Assembly: GCA_964522405.1 (NCBI GenBank)
Contig: CAZFTR010000004.1
Span: forward strand, 22,349-86,348
Reading direction: 5' to 3'
DNA from: an uncultured Gammaproteobacteria bacterium
Lineage (GTDB): Bacteria; Patescibacteriota; Patescibacteriia; Magasanikbacterales; UBA922
Length of the DNA stretch: 64,000 nucleotides
Shown: positions 28,372-38,777 of the stretch, piece by piece
How the letters are laid out: every line of letters starts with the position of its first letter
How positions within the stretch are numbered: position 1 is the stretch's first letter
Translations under genes and position numbers: made by a program
Notes under the pieces: generated by a model
Told to the model about the DNA's origin: nothing
The model's input: the letters and a program-made list of their open reading frames with translations, nothing else
The model's database searches: none

Positions 28372-30654
28372 ATGAAAATATCAAATAAAAAGTTATTGTT
28401 TTTTGTCATTACAGTTGGCCTTTTTTTGCCAATTTCAAAAGTATTTACAGCAGAATTCAATCCCAACCACATAATCAGTGATCAGGATATGCAGGATTGG
28501 AAAAGTATGGGTCGTGGAGAAATCCAGGCTTTTTTGAAAAACCGAGGTCCATTTTTGGCCAAATTTATTACCAAAAATCTAGAAGGCAAGAAGAGAAGAG
28601 CAGCTGACATTATCTACGAAGTTGCCAAGGAATATAAAATAAGTCCGAAATATATTCTGGTAAAGCTCCAAAAAGAACAAAGTCTAATCACAGCAAAAAA
28701 CCCAACCAATTACCAACTAAACTATGCTACAGGTTATGGAGTATGTGATGATTGTGATACTGATGATCCAAATGTTTCAAAACATTCAGGATTTGCCAAG
28801 CAAGTAGACTCAGCAGCAGGAATTATACGCTGGTACTATGAAAATTTTGAAAAAGAAAATTGGATCAAGAGAGATAACACCGAATACCAGATCGATGATC
28901 AGCTTGTTACTCCGGCAAATTTGGCAACTGCTTTTCTGTATACCTACACTCCTCATCTTCATGGAAATAAAAATTTTTGGAAACTATGGCAACAATGGTT
29001 TGATCAGGTCTATCCAGATGGAAGTATTTTAAAAGGTGAAAATGAATCTAATATTTATGTTATCAAAGATGGCAAGAAAAGCGCTATCAAAAGCATGTCT
29101 GTACTGATCTCAAGATATGATCCAAAATCCATAATTACTGTACCGGTTAGCGAGCTAGCTAGGTATGAAAATGGACCTGAGATAAAATTTGCTAACTTTT
29201 CTTTGTTAAAAATTTCTAATAAATACTATTTAATAAATTTTGATGAATTGCGACCTTTTAAGGACTATGATGTTATTCGGAAATTAGGTTATCATCCAGA
29301 TGAGATAATCGAGGCCACTGGAGAAGACAAAGAAAATTTCAAAATCGGGGCCACAATCGAAGAAAGTGAACAATATCCTTTTGGAAGAATCATAAAAACA
29401 GATTCAGGACAAATTTATTATATAAACCAAGGACAGTATCATGTAATTGCAGATAAATTAATTGCCCAAAAGAAATATCCACAACTAATGATTGAAAAAG
29501 GATCTGCAAAATTACTCAAGGGACTTACTCGTGGCAATTCTGTTTTATTTCCTGATGGAGTTTTAATAGGAAATGATCTTACTAAGATGATTTATGTTAT
29601 AGAAAATGGATCGAAACGTCATATCACTTCAGAAAAGGTATTTAATGGACTAGGTTATAAATGGTCAAATGTAATTTGGGCAAGTGATTTTGTTTTAAAT
29701 CTTCATAAATTTGCAGAACCTGTCTACTTAAAAGAATCTGCCAGTCCAGCTGTTAAAGATGATTTTGTACTAACCTCAGCAAAATATCAACCAGTAGATT
29801 ATGATGCACCCAAGCAAACTGTTCCTATTGAAATAAATAGCAGAGGAAAAGTTCTCGCCACCTCAAAGGAAGATACAAAATATATTGGCGAAAAAACCTT
29901 TAATACTGGAATTTATACTTATATAGCAGCAGATTTTGAAACCGGGGAAATACTTGCCGGCAAGAACATAGATGTTATTCGACCAATGGCATCCTTTACA
30001 AAAGCAATGACGGCTCAGGTTTTGTTTGACGCTGGAATTGATATAGAAGCTAGCTCAACATATGATGCCTACACTCAAAAATCAGGTCATCACCGATATA
30101 GAATTGCGCACGGAGAATCAGTCAAAAATGACGATCTATTAAAAGTATTTTTAGCAATTTCACATAATACTCCTGGAAATATTCTGGCAAGCAATGTCGG
30201 TGGGGCTGAAAATTGTGTAAAAAAAATGAATGCCAAACTAAAGGAATGGGGTCTGGTTAATACTTATTTTGAGGATACTCATGGTCTTGGACTCAAAAAC
30301 CAGACAACTGCTCGAGATTACTTGTATATATTTAAAAATGTACTACAAGACCAGAGAATTCTGGATTATATGGGTGAAAAAAGATTTTCATATGTAGAAA
30401 CCGTTGATAAAGACTGGCAACCAAACCATAGTGGAGCACATAGTAATACACTTATCTTGCAAAATCATGCTAATTTTGAAATACTTTCTAGTAAGACCGG
30501 TTATCTATATGAATCTGGCTTTAATCTGGCAAACCTAATAGAGAGAAAAAGTGATGGCAAAAAATTTATTGTCATTACTATGGGTGAACCAGACTATAAC
30601 AATCGTCTTTATAATGCCAAAAGATTTGCTAACTGGGTTGTCAAAAATTTCTAA
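28372..30654 (+). CDS. Secreted multidomain protein with a C-terminal D-Ala-D-Ala carboxypeptidase (peptidase S11/PBP5-like) domain
   Basis: Signal peptide; SxxK motif in ASFTKAMTAQVLF; SxN- and KTG-like elements (SKTGYL). Confidence 0.65.
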   Translation: MKISNKKLLFFVITVGLFLPISKVFTAEFNPNHIISDQDMQDWKSMGRGEIQAFLKNRGPFLAKFITKNLEGKKRRAADIIYEVAKEYKISPKYILVKLQKEQSLITAKNPTNYQLNYATGYGVCDDCDTDDPNVSKHSGFAKQVDSAAGIIRWYYENFEKENWIKRDNTEYQIDDQLVTPANLATAFLYTYTPHLHGNKNFWKLWQQWFDQVYPDGSILKGENESNIYVIKDGKKSAIKSMSVLISRYDPKSIITVPVSELARYENGPEIKFANFSLLKISNKYYLINFDELRPFKDYDVIRKLGYHPDEIIEATGEDKENFKIGATIEESEQYPFGRIIKTDSGQIYYINQGQYHVIADKLIAQKKYPQLMIEKGSAKLLKGLTRGNSVLFPDGVLIGNDLTKMIYVIENGSKRHITSEKVFNGLGYKWSNVIWASDFVLNLHKFAEPVYLKESASPAVKDDFVLTSAKYQPVDYDAPKQTVPIEINSRGKVLATSKEDTKYIGEKTFNTGIYTYIAADFETGEILAGKNIDVIRPMASFTKAMTAQVLFDAGIDIEASSTYDAYTQKSGHHRYRIAHGESVKNDDLLKVFLAISHNTPGNILASNVGGAENCVKKMNAKLKEWGLVNTYFEDTHGLGLKNQTTARDYLYIFKNVLQDQRILDYMGEKRFSYVETVDKDWQPNHSGAHSNTLILQNHANFEILSSKTGYLYESGFNLANLIERKSDGKKFIVITMGEPDYNNRLYNAKRFANWVVKNF

Positions 30655-30664
30655 ATTAAAACCT

Positions 30665-31432
30665 ATGTCACTAGTATTTGCTGGAATAACACCTCATCCC
30701 CCGCTTCTAATTCCAAATATTGGCAAAGAAAAAACTGATCTGGTCAAAGAAACAAGACAGGCACTGGATACTCTTGAGCAAAAGCTCTACACTTCGAGAC
30801 CTGACATTATTATGATCATTTCTCCTCATACTGGTCTTTTTGAAAATGCCTTTTCTGTGAATGCTCACAATCAATTTACTTCTGATTTTGGAGAATTTGG
30901 TGACCTTGTTACCAAAAAAACATGGATAGGCTCTCCTGGATTAGCTGCCAAGATTGCTCACGCAGGAAATACTCATGGAATTAATATTAGACTAATAAGT
31001 GATGAAACAATTGACCATGGCGCTGCAGTACCGCTTTATTTTCTAACTGATCATCTTGAAGAGGTCAAAATATTACCTCTTGGGTATAGTGGATTTAATA
31101 GAGAAACCCATATTAATTATGGAGTACTGCTCAAGGAGCTGATAATGAAATCAGAAAAACGTATTGCTGTTATTGCTTCTGGAGATCTGTCTCATAATAG
31201 CAACAAAAGTAGTAGTGAGCTTGATCAGACACTTATTGAATTGTTTGAAAAGAGGGAATTAGAAGAAATTATGAATCTAGATCAAGACCTGATTGAGCAA
31301 GCAAATGAATGTGGATATAGATCGATTTTGATCTTGCTTGGAATAGTCAAAAATATGAATTTTAAATTTGAAAAACTTTGCTACCAAGCTCCTCTGGGTG
31401 TTGGATATTTAACGGCAAATTTTGATATATAG
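30665..31432 (+). CDS. LigB-family (class III extradiol dioxygenase-like) protein
   Basis: GITPHPPLLIP, IDHGAAVPLYF and SGDLSH resemble the LigB metal-binding segments. The real start is at 30665, not 30551 as in the ORF track. Confidence 0.5.
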   Translation: MSLVFAGITPHPPLLIPNIGKEKTDLVKETRQALDTLEQKLYTSRPDIIMIISPHTGLFENAFSVNAHNQFTSDFGEFGDLVTKKTWIGSPGLAAKIAHAGNTHGINIRLISDETIDHGAAVPLYFLTDHLEEVKILPLGYSGFNRETHINYGVLLKELIMKSEKRIAVIASGDLSHNSNKSSSELDQTLIELFEKRELEEIMNLDQDLIEQANECGYRSILILLGIVKNMNFKFEKLCYQAPLGVGYLTANFDI

Positions 31433-33311
31433 AATGTTAGCGAAAATAATTCCGCTTAAGCGCTTACCAAAGGGACTTGATCTGTTTGATTATCAAGTAC
31501 CAAAATCACTGGAAGCAGATATTAAGCCAGGACAATTAGTTACTATCCCCTTTCGCAAGTCCGATCTATATGGACTTGTTTTTGACTTGAAAAATGATCA
31601 GTTAGGAAATAGCAACACAAAAGAAATTAAATCAATTGTAAATAAAATCCCTTTTTTATCAAAAAAGCAACTCTCTTTTCTTGAATTAGCAAAAAATATT
31701 TATGGAATATCTTTTGGCAGTATGACAAAAATTGCCATGATTCCCCTTCAAAAAAGAAAATTAAAAAAAATAGAATTAGTGGAAATAGTATCAGACCAAA
31801 AAAATATTAATAAAACTAAATATCTTAATTATCAAGATGAGACAGAGCATATAGAAAAACTAAATAATCAAATTGAAGACAATACTTTGATCTTAGTTCC
31901 GGAACTACAAATGATTGATCAGATTTTGGAACAGCTTGATCCAAAAATAAAATCTAAAATACTGGTCTGGCATGGTAGTTTATCCACAAAAGAAAAATTT
32001 GATAACTGGCTAGATATTAGAAACTCCAAAAAAACTATTGTTCTTGGAACTAGAGGGGCTTTGTTTCTTCCCTTTCAAAAACTAAAGAAAATTATTATTG
32101 ATTTTGAACAAGATGAAAATCACAAGCACTGGGATCAGTCTCCCAGATTTCACACTCATGATTTATCAAAAATTCTCAGTGATATTTATGGGTCTGAAAT
32201 TATTAAAATGAGCTATTCAATCAGTTCAGATACTTATCATGCAATTTTCAAAGGTGATACAGAATTTGCTGAAAAGAAAGGAATAGGACCAGTATTCAAA
32301 AAAAGAAATCTGCAAACTCTGAGCATAATTGATATGACTCGACAATCCTCAACAAAAGAATATTCAAATTTATCTGTCAGCAGCAAAAGAGAAATCCAAA
32401 AATCAATATCAGAGAAAAAGGATATATTTATTCTTCTAAACAGAAAGGGATACGCAACATCACTTAATTGCTTGGATTGTGGATATCGCAAACTTTGCAC
32501 AGATTGTTCTCTTCCAATGGTATTTCACTCAAATGACAAATTATACTGTCATTGGTGCAGAAAACAAGAAAATCTAAGCATCAGATGTCAAAAATGCAAT
32601 TCAGAAAAATTAAAACTTTATGGATCTGGAATTGAAACTATCAAAAAAGAACTGAACAAAGAATTAGACATTGGTTCTGACTATGAAATAATTTGCCTTG
32701 ATAGTGAGAAAGAACAACCGCCCAGCAGCAGTCATAATAAAATTATTATTGGAACAACTCATGCCTTCAATTATATTAATTGGCAAAAAACAGGTTTTAT
32801 ATGTATGCTTGATTTTGATAGACAGATATCAATTCCTGAATTCAGTGCCCATGAAAATGCCTGGCATTTAATAAATAAAATGCTTTATTTAAAAAACCCT
32901 CTGGCCAATTTCTTCATACAGAGCTATAATATAGAAAATTACCTTCTTAAATCATTGGCAGAACCTGATAAATTCTACAGGCTTGATCTTAATCATAGAA
33001 AAAAACTGGAAAATCCTCCCTATTCATACTTGGTAAGATATTTTATTGGCGATTTTAATCAGGAAAAAGCGCTAAAGCAAGCCAAAAAATTAGATAGCAA
33101 AATAGCCCAGCAATTGACAAAAGACCAAAAAAATATTAAACTTGTTGGTCCACTGGAGATGCATCCCAAATTCTATAGAGAAAGGCACTGGTTTATGATT
33201 ATAGCTAAATTTGATGCTAGATCATGGATTGATAACCTTATTTATTTAAATTCTTTTATACCACATAATTGGAAAATAGATCCTAACCCTATTTCAATAC
33301 TTAGACCATAA
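31422..33311 (+). CDS. priA: PriA-like primosomal protein N' with degenerate ATPase motifs
   Basis: PriA N-terminal 3'-DNA-binding pattern (LDLFDYQVPKSL...GQLVTIPFRKSDLYGLV) and two Cys4 fingers. Walker A is absent and the DEEH motif is replaced by DFEQDENH. Confidence 0.55.
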   Translation: MIYRMLAKIIPLKRLPKGLDLFDYQVPKSLEADIKPGQLVTIPFRKSDLYGLVFDLKNDQLGNSNTKEIKSIVNKIPFLSKKQLSFLELAKNIYGISFGSMTKIAMIPLQKRKLKKIELVEIVSDQKNINKTKYLNYQDETEHIEKLNNQIEDNTLILVPELQMIDQILEQLDPKIKSKILVWHGSLSTKEKFDNWLDIRNSKKTIVLGTRGALFLPFQKLKKIIIDFEQDENHKHWDQSPRFHTHDLSKILSDIYGSEIIKMSYSISSDTYHAIFKGDTEFAEKKGIGPVFKKRNLQTLSIIDMTRQSSTKEYSNLSVSSKREIQKSISEKKDIFILLNRKGYATSLNCLDCGYRKLCTDCSLPMVFHSNDKLYCHWCRKQENLSIRCQKCNSEKLKLYGSGIETIKKELNKELDIGSDYEIICLDSEKEQPPSSSHNKIIIGTTHAFNYINWQKTGFICMLDFDRQISIPEFSAHENAWHLINKMLYLKNPLANFFIQSYNIENYLLKSLAEPDKFYRLDLNHRKKLENPPYSYLVRYFIGDFNQEKALKQAKKLDSKIAQQLTKDQKNIKLVGPLEMHPKFYRERHWFMIIAKFDARSWIDNLIYLNSFIPHNWKIDPNPISILRP

Positions 33312-33314
33312 AAT

Positions 33315-33842
33315 ATGTTTGAAATTGTAACTCTACCCTCAAAAAATCTAAGAAAAAGATCAGAAGATATTGATCCAGATATCTTGTCTTTGGATGAAAC
33401 CAAACAATATATTGAAGAGCTTATTGAGACCATGTATGCCAGTGACGGCATTGGTATTGCCTCTCCCCAAGTAGGTAAAAATATCAGAATCTGCATAATT
33501 GGCAAGGCAGCAATACAAAAAAATCATCAGCTTTTCGGCAAAGACTTGGTACTAGTAAATCCCAACTTTCAAAAAACCAGTAAAAAAACAGGTATTGAAA
33601 CCGAGGGCTGTTTGTCTGTCCCAGGAATTTTCGGAAATGTAAAAAGAAATAAAGATATTTTAGTTTCAGCAATTGACAGAGATGGTAAACCACTTGAATT
33701 CAATGCCAAAGGTTTTTTTGCAAGAGTAGTTCAGCATGAAATAGATCACCTCGACGGAATATTATTTATTGATAAGGCAACCAATATCCAAAAAGCTGAT
33801 CAACTTGAATCAGAACTTAGAGAAACTAAATTGGCAATATAA
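33315..33842 (+). CDS. def: Peptide deformylase
   Basis: GIGIASPQVG, EGCLSVPG and HEIDHLDG motifs. Confidence 0.9.
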   Translation: MFEIVTLPSKNLRKRSEDIDPDILSLDETKQYIEELIETMYASDGIGIASPQVGKNIRICIIGKAAIQKNHQLFGKDLVLVNPNFQKTSKKTGIETEGCLSVPGIFGNVKRNKDILVSAIDRDGKPLEFNAKGFFARVVQHEIDHLDGILFIDKATNIQKADQLESELRETKLAI

Positions 33843-34745
33843 ATGAAAATAGCTTTTTTTGGCACACATCAATTTGCAGCAAATATACTAAAAGGTCTAA
33901 CAGCAAACCCTGAATTTGAGGTTGATTTAGTAATTACTCAACCGGATAGACCTGTCGGTAGAAAGCAGGAACTTCAAAAAAGCCCGGTAAAAATTGAAGC
34001 TGAAAAGAGTGGTTTAGAAATTGATCAACCAAACTCCTTGAAAAATTGCCAATTTAAGACAGATTTTGACATTTTTATTGTTGCCCAATATGGGTTAATT
34101 ATTCCTGAAGTAGTTATAAAAACTCCAAAATTTGAAACAGTAAATGTACACACTTCCCTACTCCCAAAATATCGAGGTGCCTCCCCTATTCAGTCAGCAC
34201 TAAGAAATGGTGAAAAAGAAACTGGAATTACTATAATGAAAATGGATAAGGGGATGGATACAGGACCAATTTTAACTCAGCAAAAGATTACTATTGATCC
34301 GGATGATACCTATCTAGAGCTGGATCAAAAAATGTCTGAAATTGCTATTCAACTCTTGATCAAAATTCTTCCCAAATATATTTTAGGTGAAATCAAACCT
34401 GAAAACCAAGATGATTCACAAGCAACTTATTGCAAAAAATTGACCAGAGAAGACGGTAAAATAGATTTTTCAAAAGACTACACTGCAGTTTACGATTTAT
34501 ATCGTGGATTAACCCCCTGGCCCGGTGTTTGGACTACTTTTGAAGACAAAAGATTAAAATTATTAAAAATAAAACCATCTGAGAAATCAGTTAGCATTAG
34601 CCAACTTGCAACAGAAGATGATAAACTATATATAGGATGTGCCAGTGGATCAATTGAAATCCTAGAACTTCAACCTGAAGGTAAGAAGAAAATGACAGCC
34701 AGCCAATTTTTGAATGGACACCAAGAAAAAATAAAAAAGCTCTGA
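33843..34745 (+). CDS. fmt: Methionyl-tRNA formyltransferase
   Basis: N-terminal formyltransferase fold with HTSLLPKYRGASPIQ and a C-terminal Fmt domain. Confidence 0.9.
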   Translation: MKIAFFGTHQFAANILKGLTANPEFEVDLVITQPDRPVGRKQELQKSPVKIEAEKSGLEIDQPNSLKNCQFKTDFDIFIVAQYGLIIPEVVIKTPKFETVNVHTSLLPKYRGASPIQSALRNGEKETGITIMKMDKGMDTGPILTQQKITIDPDDTYLELDQKMSEIAIQLLIKILPKYILGEIKPENQDDSQATYCKKLTREDGKIDFSKDYTAVYDLYRGLTPWPGVWTTFEDKRLKLLKIKPSEKSVSISQLATEDDKLYIGCASGSIEILELQPEGKKKMTASQFLNGHQEKIKKL

Positions 34746-34784
34746 TAATTTTTTTACTAGGAGATATTACTGCTCATTGAGATT

Positions 34785-36266
34785 ATGCAGAATAGACTTA
34801 CAACTAAGGCGATTTTCTTTGATAAACAAACCTGGCTTTTATTTGCAGGGTTTTTCTTGGCTAGAATTGTCTCCTTTGCATTGCATGGGCATCAGATAAT
34901 ACAAGCACTACTTGTATTTTTTATTTTAATGCTACTGGGCATTTTATATTATAAAAATGAATACTATGGCTGGGCCATTGTACTCACAGAACTATTCTTG
35001 GGCGGCTCTGGGCATTTTATAGAATTTTTTGGATTGTCACTACGAACTTGTATAGTCCTAACTTTTATAACACTTTGGGCGCTTTTTAATATTCTTGATC
35101 CCGGTCGCAAACATCGATTAAAAATTCCTCATGGTCTGTTCTGGATTTTTATACCTTTGATCATTTTTGCTGCTATTTCAGCAGTAATAGGCTTGTTCAA
35201 TGGACACTCAGTTGCACGTGTGATCCAAGATTTTATGCCTTTTAGTTTTTTGGTACTTCTTCTCCCGGCTTATCATATGTTTGAAAATGAGAAGATACGT
35301 CATCATTTTATACGACTTGTAATGGTATTTATAATTGGATCAGCCCTCTTTGCTCTTTTTACCTTTGTTTTATACAGACTTGGCCTAAGTGAGTTGCAAG
35401 ATCCATTTTATAAATGGATGAGAGATGTTGCTATGGCAAAAATAACTCAAGTTACCCCATTTTTCTATCGAGTGGTCTTGCCAGAGCATTTACTAAGTGT
35501 TCCTGTGATTCTGATAACCATGTCTCTACTAATGAGAGACGAGAAACACCATACTATGTGGAGAATCTTACTCTTTTTTGGATTGTTCTTATTAGCTATA
35601 AATTTTTCACGAGCTTATCTATTGGGTTTTGCTGTTGGAATTTTAGTTCTCAAGTACAGACACAGCTTTAAGCAATGGTTCAAAGAATCAGCTGTTGCTG
35701 TCCTATTATTTCTGTTTATTTTTTCATCTATGTCTGTCATATCAAGCATAGGAAAAAGTACTGGCCTGGAAATACTAGGATTAAGAATTGGGAGCATTGT
35801 AAGCCCTCAAACTGAAGTAAGTACCAATGCTAGAATGGAAAAACTTGCTCCCATCATATCCTTGATAAGAAAGCATCCTTTTGTTGGAAATGGACTGGGA
35901 GCCAGTATTTTATACTATGACAAAACTATTGGCGCAGTAACCCCAAGTATTCACTTTGATTGGGGCTACTTAGAAATGTGGGCTGAACTTGGTATCTTGG
36001 GTAGTGTTTGGCTCTTACTCATAGCGTTATTTATTGTTTTTGAGATAATTAAAAAAATCAGAACTGTTGCTGATTTTCATGATTTCAAAGTTGGACTTTT
36101 GGCAGCAATTGTATCAATGTTAATTATTAATATTACCACACCTGCACTGTTTCATACTCTAAGTATCTTTGCTTTAACATTTGTTATTGCCTTTATTACC
36201 AGACCTGTGGAAGTATTTGATTATTTTATTACTATGATTTACAGAATATTTAATAGATTAGATTAA
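34785..36266 (+). CDS. Polytopic membrane protein (O-antigen ligase/Wzy-like topology)
   Basis: 493 aa, 10 or more TM helices and a large loop near the C-terminal third. Confidence 0.45.
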   Translation: MQNRLTTKAIFFDKQTWLLFAGFFLARIVSFALHGHQIIQALLVFFILMLLGILYYKNEYYGWAIVLTELFLGGSGHFIEFFGLSLRTCIVLTFITLWALFNILDPGRKHRLKIPHGLFWIFIPLIIFAAISAVIGLFNGHSVARVIQDFMPFSFLVLLLPAYHMFENEKIRHHFIRLVMVFIIGSALFALFTFVLYRLGLSELQDPFYKWMRDVAMAKITQVTPFFYRVVLPEHLLSVPVILITMSLLMRDEKHHTMWRILLFFGLFLLAINFSRAYLLGFAVGILVLKYRHSFKQWFKESAVAVLLFLFIFSSMSVISSIGKSTGLEILGLRIGSIVSPQTEVSTNARMEKLAPIISLIRKHPFVGNGLGASILYYDKTIGAVTPSIHFDWGYLEMWAELGILGSVWLLLIALFIVFEIIKKIRTVADFHDFKVGLLAAIVSMLIINITTPALFHTLSIFALTFVIAFITRPVEVFDYFITMIYRIFNRLD

Positions 36267-36291
36267 GCTTAATCTAATCTATTAAATACTT

Positions 36292-37002
36292 TTAATCAAA
36301 GCCGTGCTTTTTCTTAATAATACTTCTTGCCTCTTCATACTTTTTAACTTTTTTACTTACCATGGGAAAATACTTCCATGGTTTTTTATATGCAAAACTT
36401 GGCAGCCATGAACTTATTGTTCCGCCCTGAGGCGTTTTGTATAGATATTGATCCAACCATATGCCTTTTTTACCCTGCTTTGCTATTCTTAACCACAAAT
36501 CCCAATCCTGAAACCTTTTGAGAGATTGATCAAAACCTAGAAAATCTTCTCGTCTCATCAAACTAGTACTTGGAATATAGTTCATTTTCTTTAATTCTTG
36601 ATAATTATATTTCTTTGCTGGAAATTTTTTTCTTCCAAGAACATGATTAGAATAAACAAAACTTGCATTTGCATTATTCAAAGTTTGATACATTTTTTCA
36701 ATCATATCAGGCTGCGCAAAAATATCTGCATCAAAAAAGATCACGAATTGACCTGTTGATAACTTGAATCCCCTATTTCTGGCTGCCGGCGCTCCACGAT
36801 TTTCCTGTTTTTTAAATTTAATTTTATCCTTATCAAAATTTCCTAGATCTAACTCATCAAACCGGAGTGCTGGATCACTTCCATCATCAATTATAACTAT
36901 TTCCAAATTTTTATAAGATTGAGAAATAACTGAAGCAAGACTTTTTTTGAAAATATCAATCCTGTTAAAAACAGGAATTATAACACTAATTAGCGGTTGC
37001 AT
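36292..37002 (-). CDS. Family 2 glycosyltransferase
   Basis: ISVIIPVFNR and the DDGSD/DAD motifs of the GT-A fold. Confidence 0.8.
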   Translation of the reverse strand: MQPLISVIIPVFNRIDIFKKSLASVISQSYKNLEIVIIDDGSDPALRFDELDLGNFDKDKIKFKKQENRGAPAARNRGFKLSTGQFVIFFDADIFAQPDMIEKMYQTLNNANASFVYSNHVLGRKKFPAKKYNYQELKKMNYIPSTSLMRREDFLGFDQSLKRFQDWDLWLRIAKQGKKGIWLDQYLYKTPQGGTISSWLPSFAYKKPWKYFPMVSKKVKKYEEARSIIKKKHGFD

Positions 37003-37005
37003 ACT

Positions 37006-38382
37006 CTAGTTAATTGTCTTTAGAGAAGTTCTGGCAATTTCTCGATCATCCCAAGGAATCATTTTACCACCAGCAACACACATTCTTTGTTCACTTCCTT
37101 TTCCGGTTATCAAAATCATATCGCCCTTTTTTGCCAGCTCTATTGCTTTTTTGATTGCTTGTTTTCGATCAAGCACTTTGAATAAGGTCTCATCTTCAAC
37201 TTTTCCTGCTTCAAGAGCAGCACGAGCTACATCATCTATTATTTCCATAGGATCATCATCGTAAGGATCTTCATCTGTAACTATACAAATATCTGCTTTT
37301 TCTCCTACAAATTCACCCACTGTAAATCTCCTCTTAATATCACGGCCTCCACCTGTTGAACCAAAGACATGGATAATTCTCTCTGGCTCAAGCAATTCTA
37401 CAACCTGATAAAGTGCTTTCATAGCTCCCGGCTCAAAAGCATAGTCAACAATCACACTAAATCCATGCTCTTCTGCTTCCTCTATAAATTCATTTCTTCC
37501 TGGAGCATTTTTTAACCGATTTACTGCTTTTTTAGTGATTTCAGGATCAATATTCAAAATTTTTGCAATAGATACTGCTACTGCACAATTCCAGGCATTA
37601 TGCTCTCCATAAATCACCGGATCAAAACTCTGATCATCTATTTTAAAATGAAGACCTTTTTTGTCTACTGAAATTTCTGAAAGTTTGAATTGACCATCTA
37701 TACTCTCCAAATTAGATTTTTTTGTTCCAAAAGTATAAATTGTATCAAAAACAGCCCCCTCAATAAATTCCTGAGCATACTTAGAATCACCATTTAATAA
37801 AGCTACTTTAGGTAATTCAGAACAACATCCTTTTTGTAAATTTTTAAATCCAATCTTTTCTATGGTTTTACCACCATGAAAATAAGTACTTGCGTCTACA
37901 AAAATATCAATTTTAGCTTTTTTATAATTTTCAAAACTTCCATGAGACTCGATATGCTCTGGATAAAGATTGGTCAAGACCATCAGATCATATGCAATAA
38001 ACTTATGCCTATACTGAACACGCCCCTCTGAAGTGGTCTCTACAATAGCAATGTCGCATCCGGCATCAACCATTTCTCGTAAGTATTTCTGGGTTTGCAT
38101 TTTTCCGAGCATAGTCATCTTCTGGTCATTGAGCTTGTTTTCTCCGGCAATATAAAAGTCAATTGTTGAAAGTGAACCAACTTTGTATCCAGCTGATTCA
38201 AGAACCTGTCTCAAAAACAAAACAGAAGTAGATTTTCCACTGGTCCCAGTAATTCCAATTACAAATAGTTCTTTTGAAGGGTGAGAGTACTTGTGAGCGC
38301 CATACCAAGCATAGAAAAAATGGCGAAGATTAAAAACCTTCTTAGGAAATATTTTTTTTAATATTTTTATAAAAAAATTCAT
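37006..38382 (-). CDS. Mur ligase family protein (MurE-like)
   Basis: P-loop GITGTSGKSTS and a Mur ligase central/C-terminal layout. The start is MNFFIKIL at 38382; the 107-aa N-terminal extension in the ORF track runs through G+C-rich island H and is not credible. Confidence 0.75.
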   Translation of the reverse strand: MNFFIKILKKIFPKKVFNLRHFFYAWYGAHKYSHPSKELFVIGITGTSGKSTSVLFLRQVLESAGYKVGSLSTIDFYIAGENKLNDQKMTMLGKMQTQKYLREMVDAGCDIAIVETTSEGRVQYRHKFIAYDLMVLTNLYPEHIESHGSFENYKKAKIDIFVDASTYFHGGKTIEKIGFKNLQKGCCSELPKVALLNGDSKYAQEFIEGAVFDTIYTFGTKKSNLESIDGQFKLSEISVDKKGLHFKIDDQSFDPVIYGEHNAWNCAVAVSIAKILNIDPEITKKAVNRLKNAPGRNEFIEEAEEHGFSVIVDYAFEPGAMKALYQVVELLEPERIIHVFGSTGGGRDIKRRFTVGEFVGEKADICIVTDEDPYDDDPMEIIDDVARAALEAGKVEDETLFKVLDRKQAIKKAIELAKKGDMILITGKGSEQRMCVAGGKMIPWDDREIARTSLKTIN

Positions 38383-38390
38383 GATTTCTA

Positions 38391-38419
38391 TTGACAAACT
38401 GATTTTTTTGAGTATACTT
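38391..38419 (+). promoter_or_regulatory. Consensus promoter TTGACA-N17-TATACT of island H, immediately divergent from the Mur ligase start codon
   Basis: Same hexamers as the island B promoter; 38391-38396 and 38414-38419. Confidence 0.45.
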
Positions 38420-38424
38420 TTGGC

Positions 38425-38634
38425 ATGCGGTCTATGAAGTACGCACTCCCGATTAAGTTCGGGGATCTGCCAATGTGGTCGCGGTTCCAGTTCAGCGGAA
38501 CCTCGCGCTGGATCAAGACTGGTCACAAGTCCGCTGCGACGCTGACACCGGCGCCTCGTAGCTCCACCTTCTCCAACTCCTGTGGCGCGCCGCGCCGAGT
38601 GGATAGGTGCACGACCGTCTTCCCCTGCATCTAG
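38425..38634 (+). CDS. Questionable small ORF (69 aa) in G+C-rich island H
   Basis: It follows the consensus promoter but has no SD, and the product is low-complexity and S/R/T-rich. The island may instead be noncoding. Confidence 0.2.
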   Translation: MRSMKYALPIKFGDLPMWSRFQFSGTSRWIKTGHKSAATLTPAPRSSTFSNSCGAPRRVDRCTTVFPCI

Positions 38635-38676
38635 GGACACCTGATCCGTCTCTCGAAGCATCAATGATCGCCGCTG

Positions 38677-38700
38677 CCGGGGGTTCTTCGGAACCCCTGG
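38677..38700. other. Very stable hairpin with a UUCG tetraloop at the distal edge of island H
   Basis: CCGGGGGTTC-ttcg-GAACCCCTGG, 10 bp with one G·U pair, and no flanking T-run. Confidence 0.5.
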
Positions 38701-38777
38701 CAAAACTCATAATTGAACTAATCTCTAGATAAAATCTAGAGATTTTTTATCACAATTTAGCTAAATTTGCAATAGAT

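Noticed and set aside
30551-30664. Upstream extension of the LigB-like gene overlapping the carboxypeptidase gene
   Set aside because: An in-frame ATG at 30665 immediately follows the upstream stop and precedes the conserved N-terminus.
38383-38703. N-terminal 107-aa extension of the Mur ligase in the ORF track (start 38703)
   Set aside because: The extension runs through G+C-rich island H with a completely different codon usage and an R/G/P-rich low-complexity translation. A proper start (MNFFIKIL) precedes the GITGTSGKST P-loop at the expected distance.
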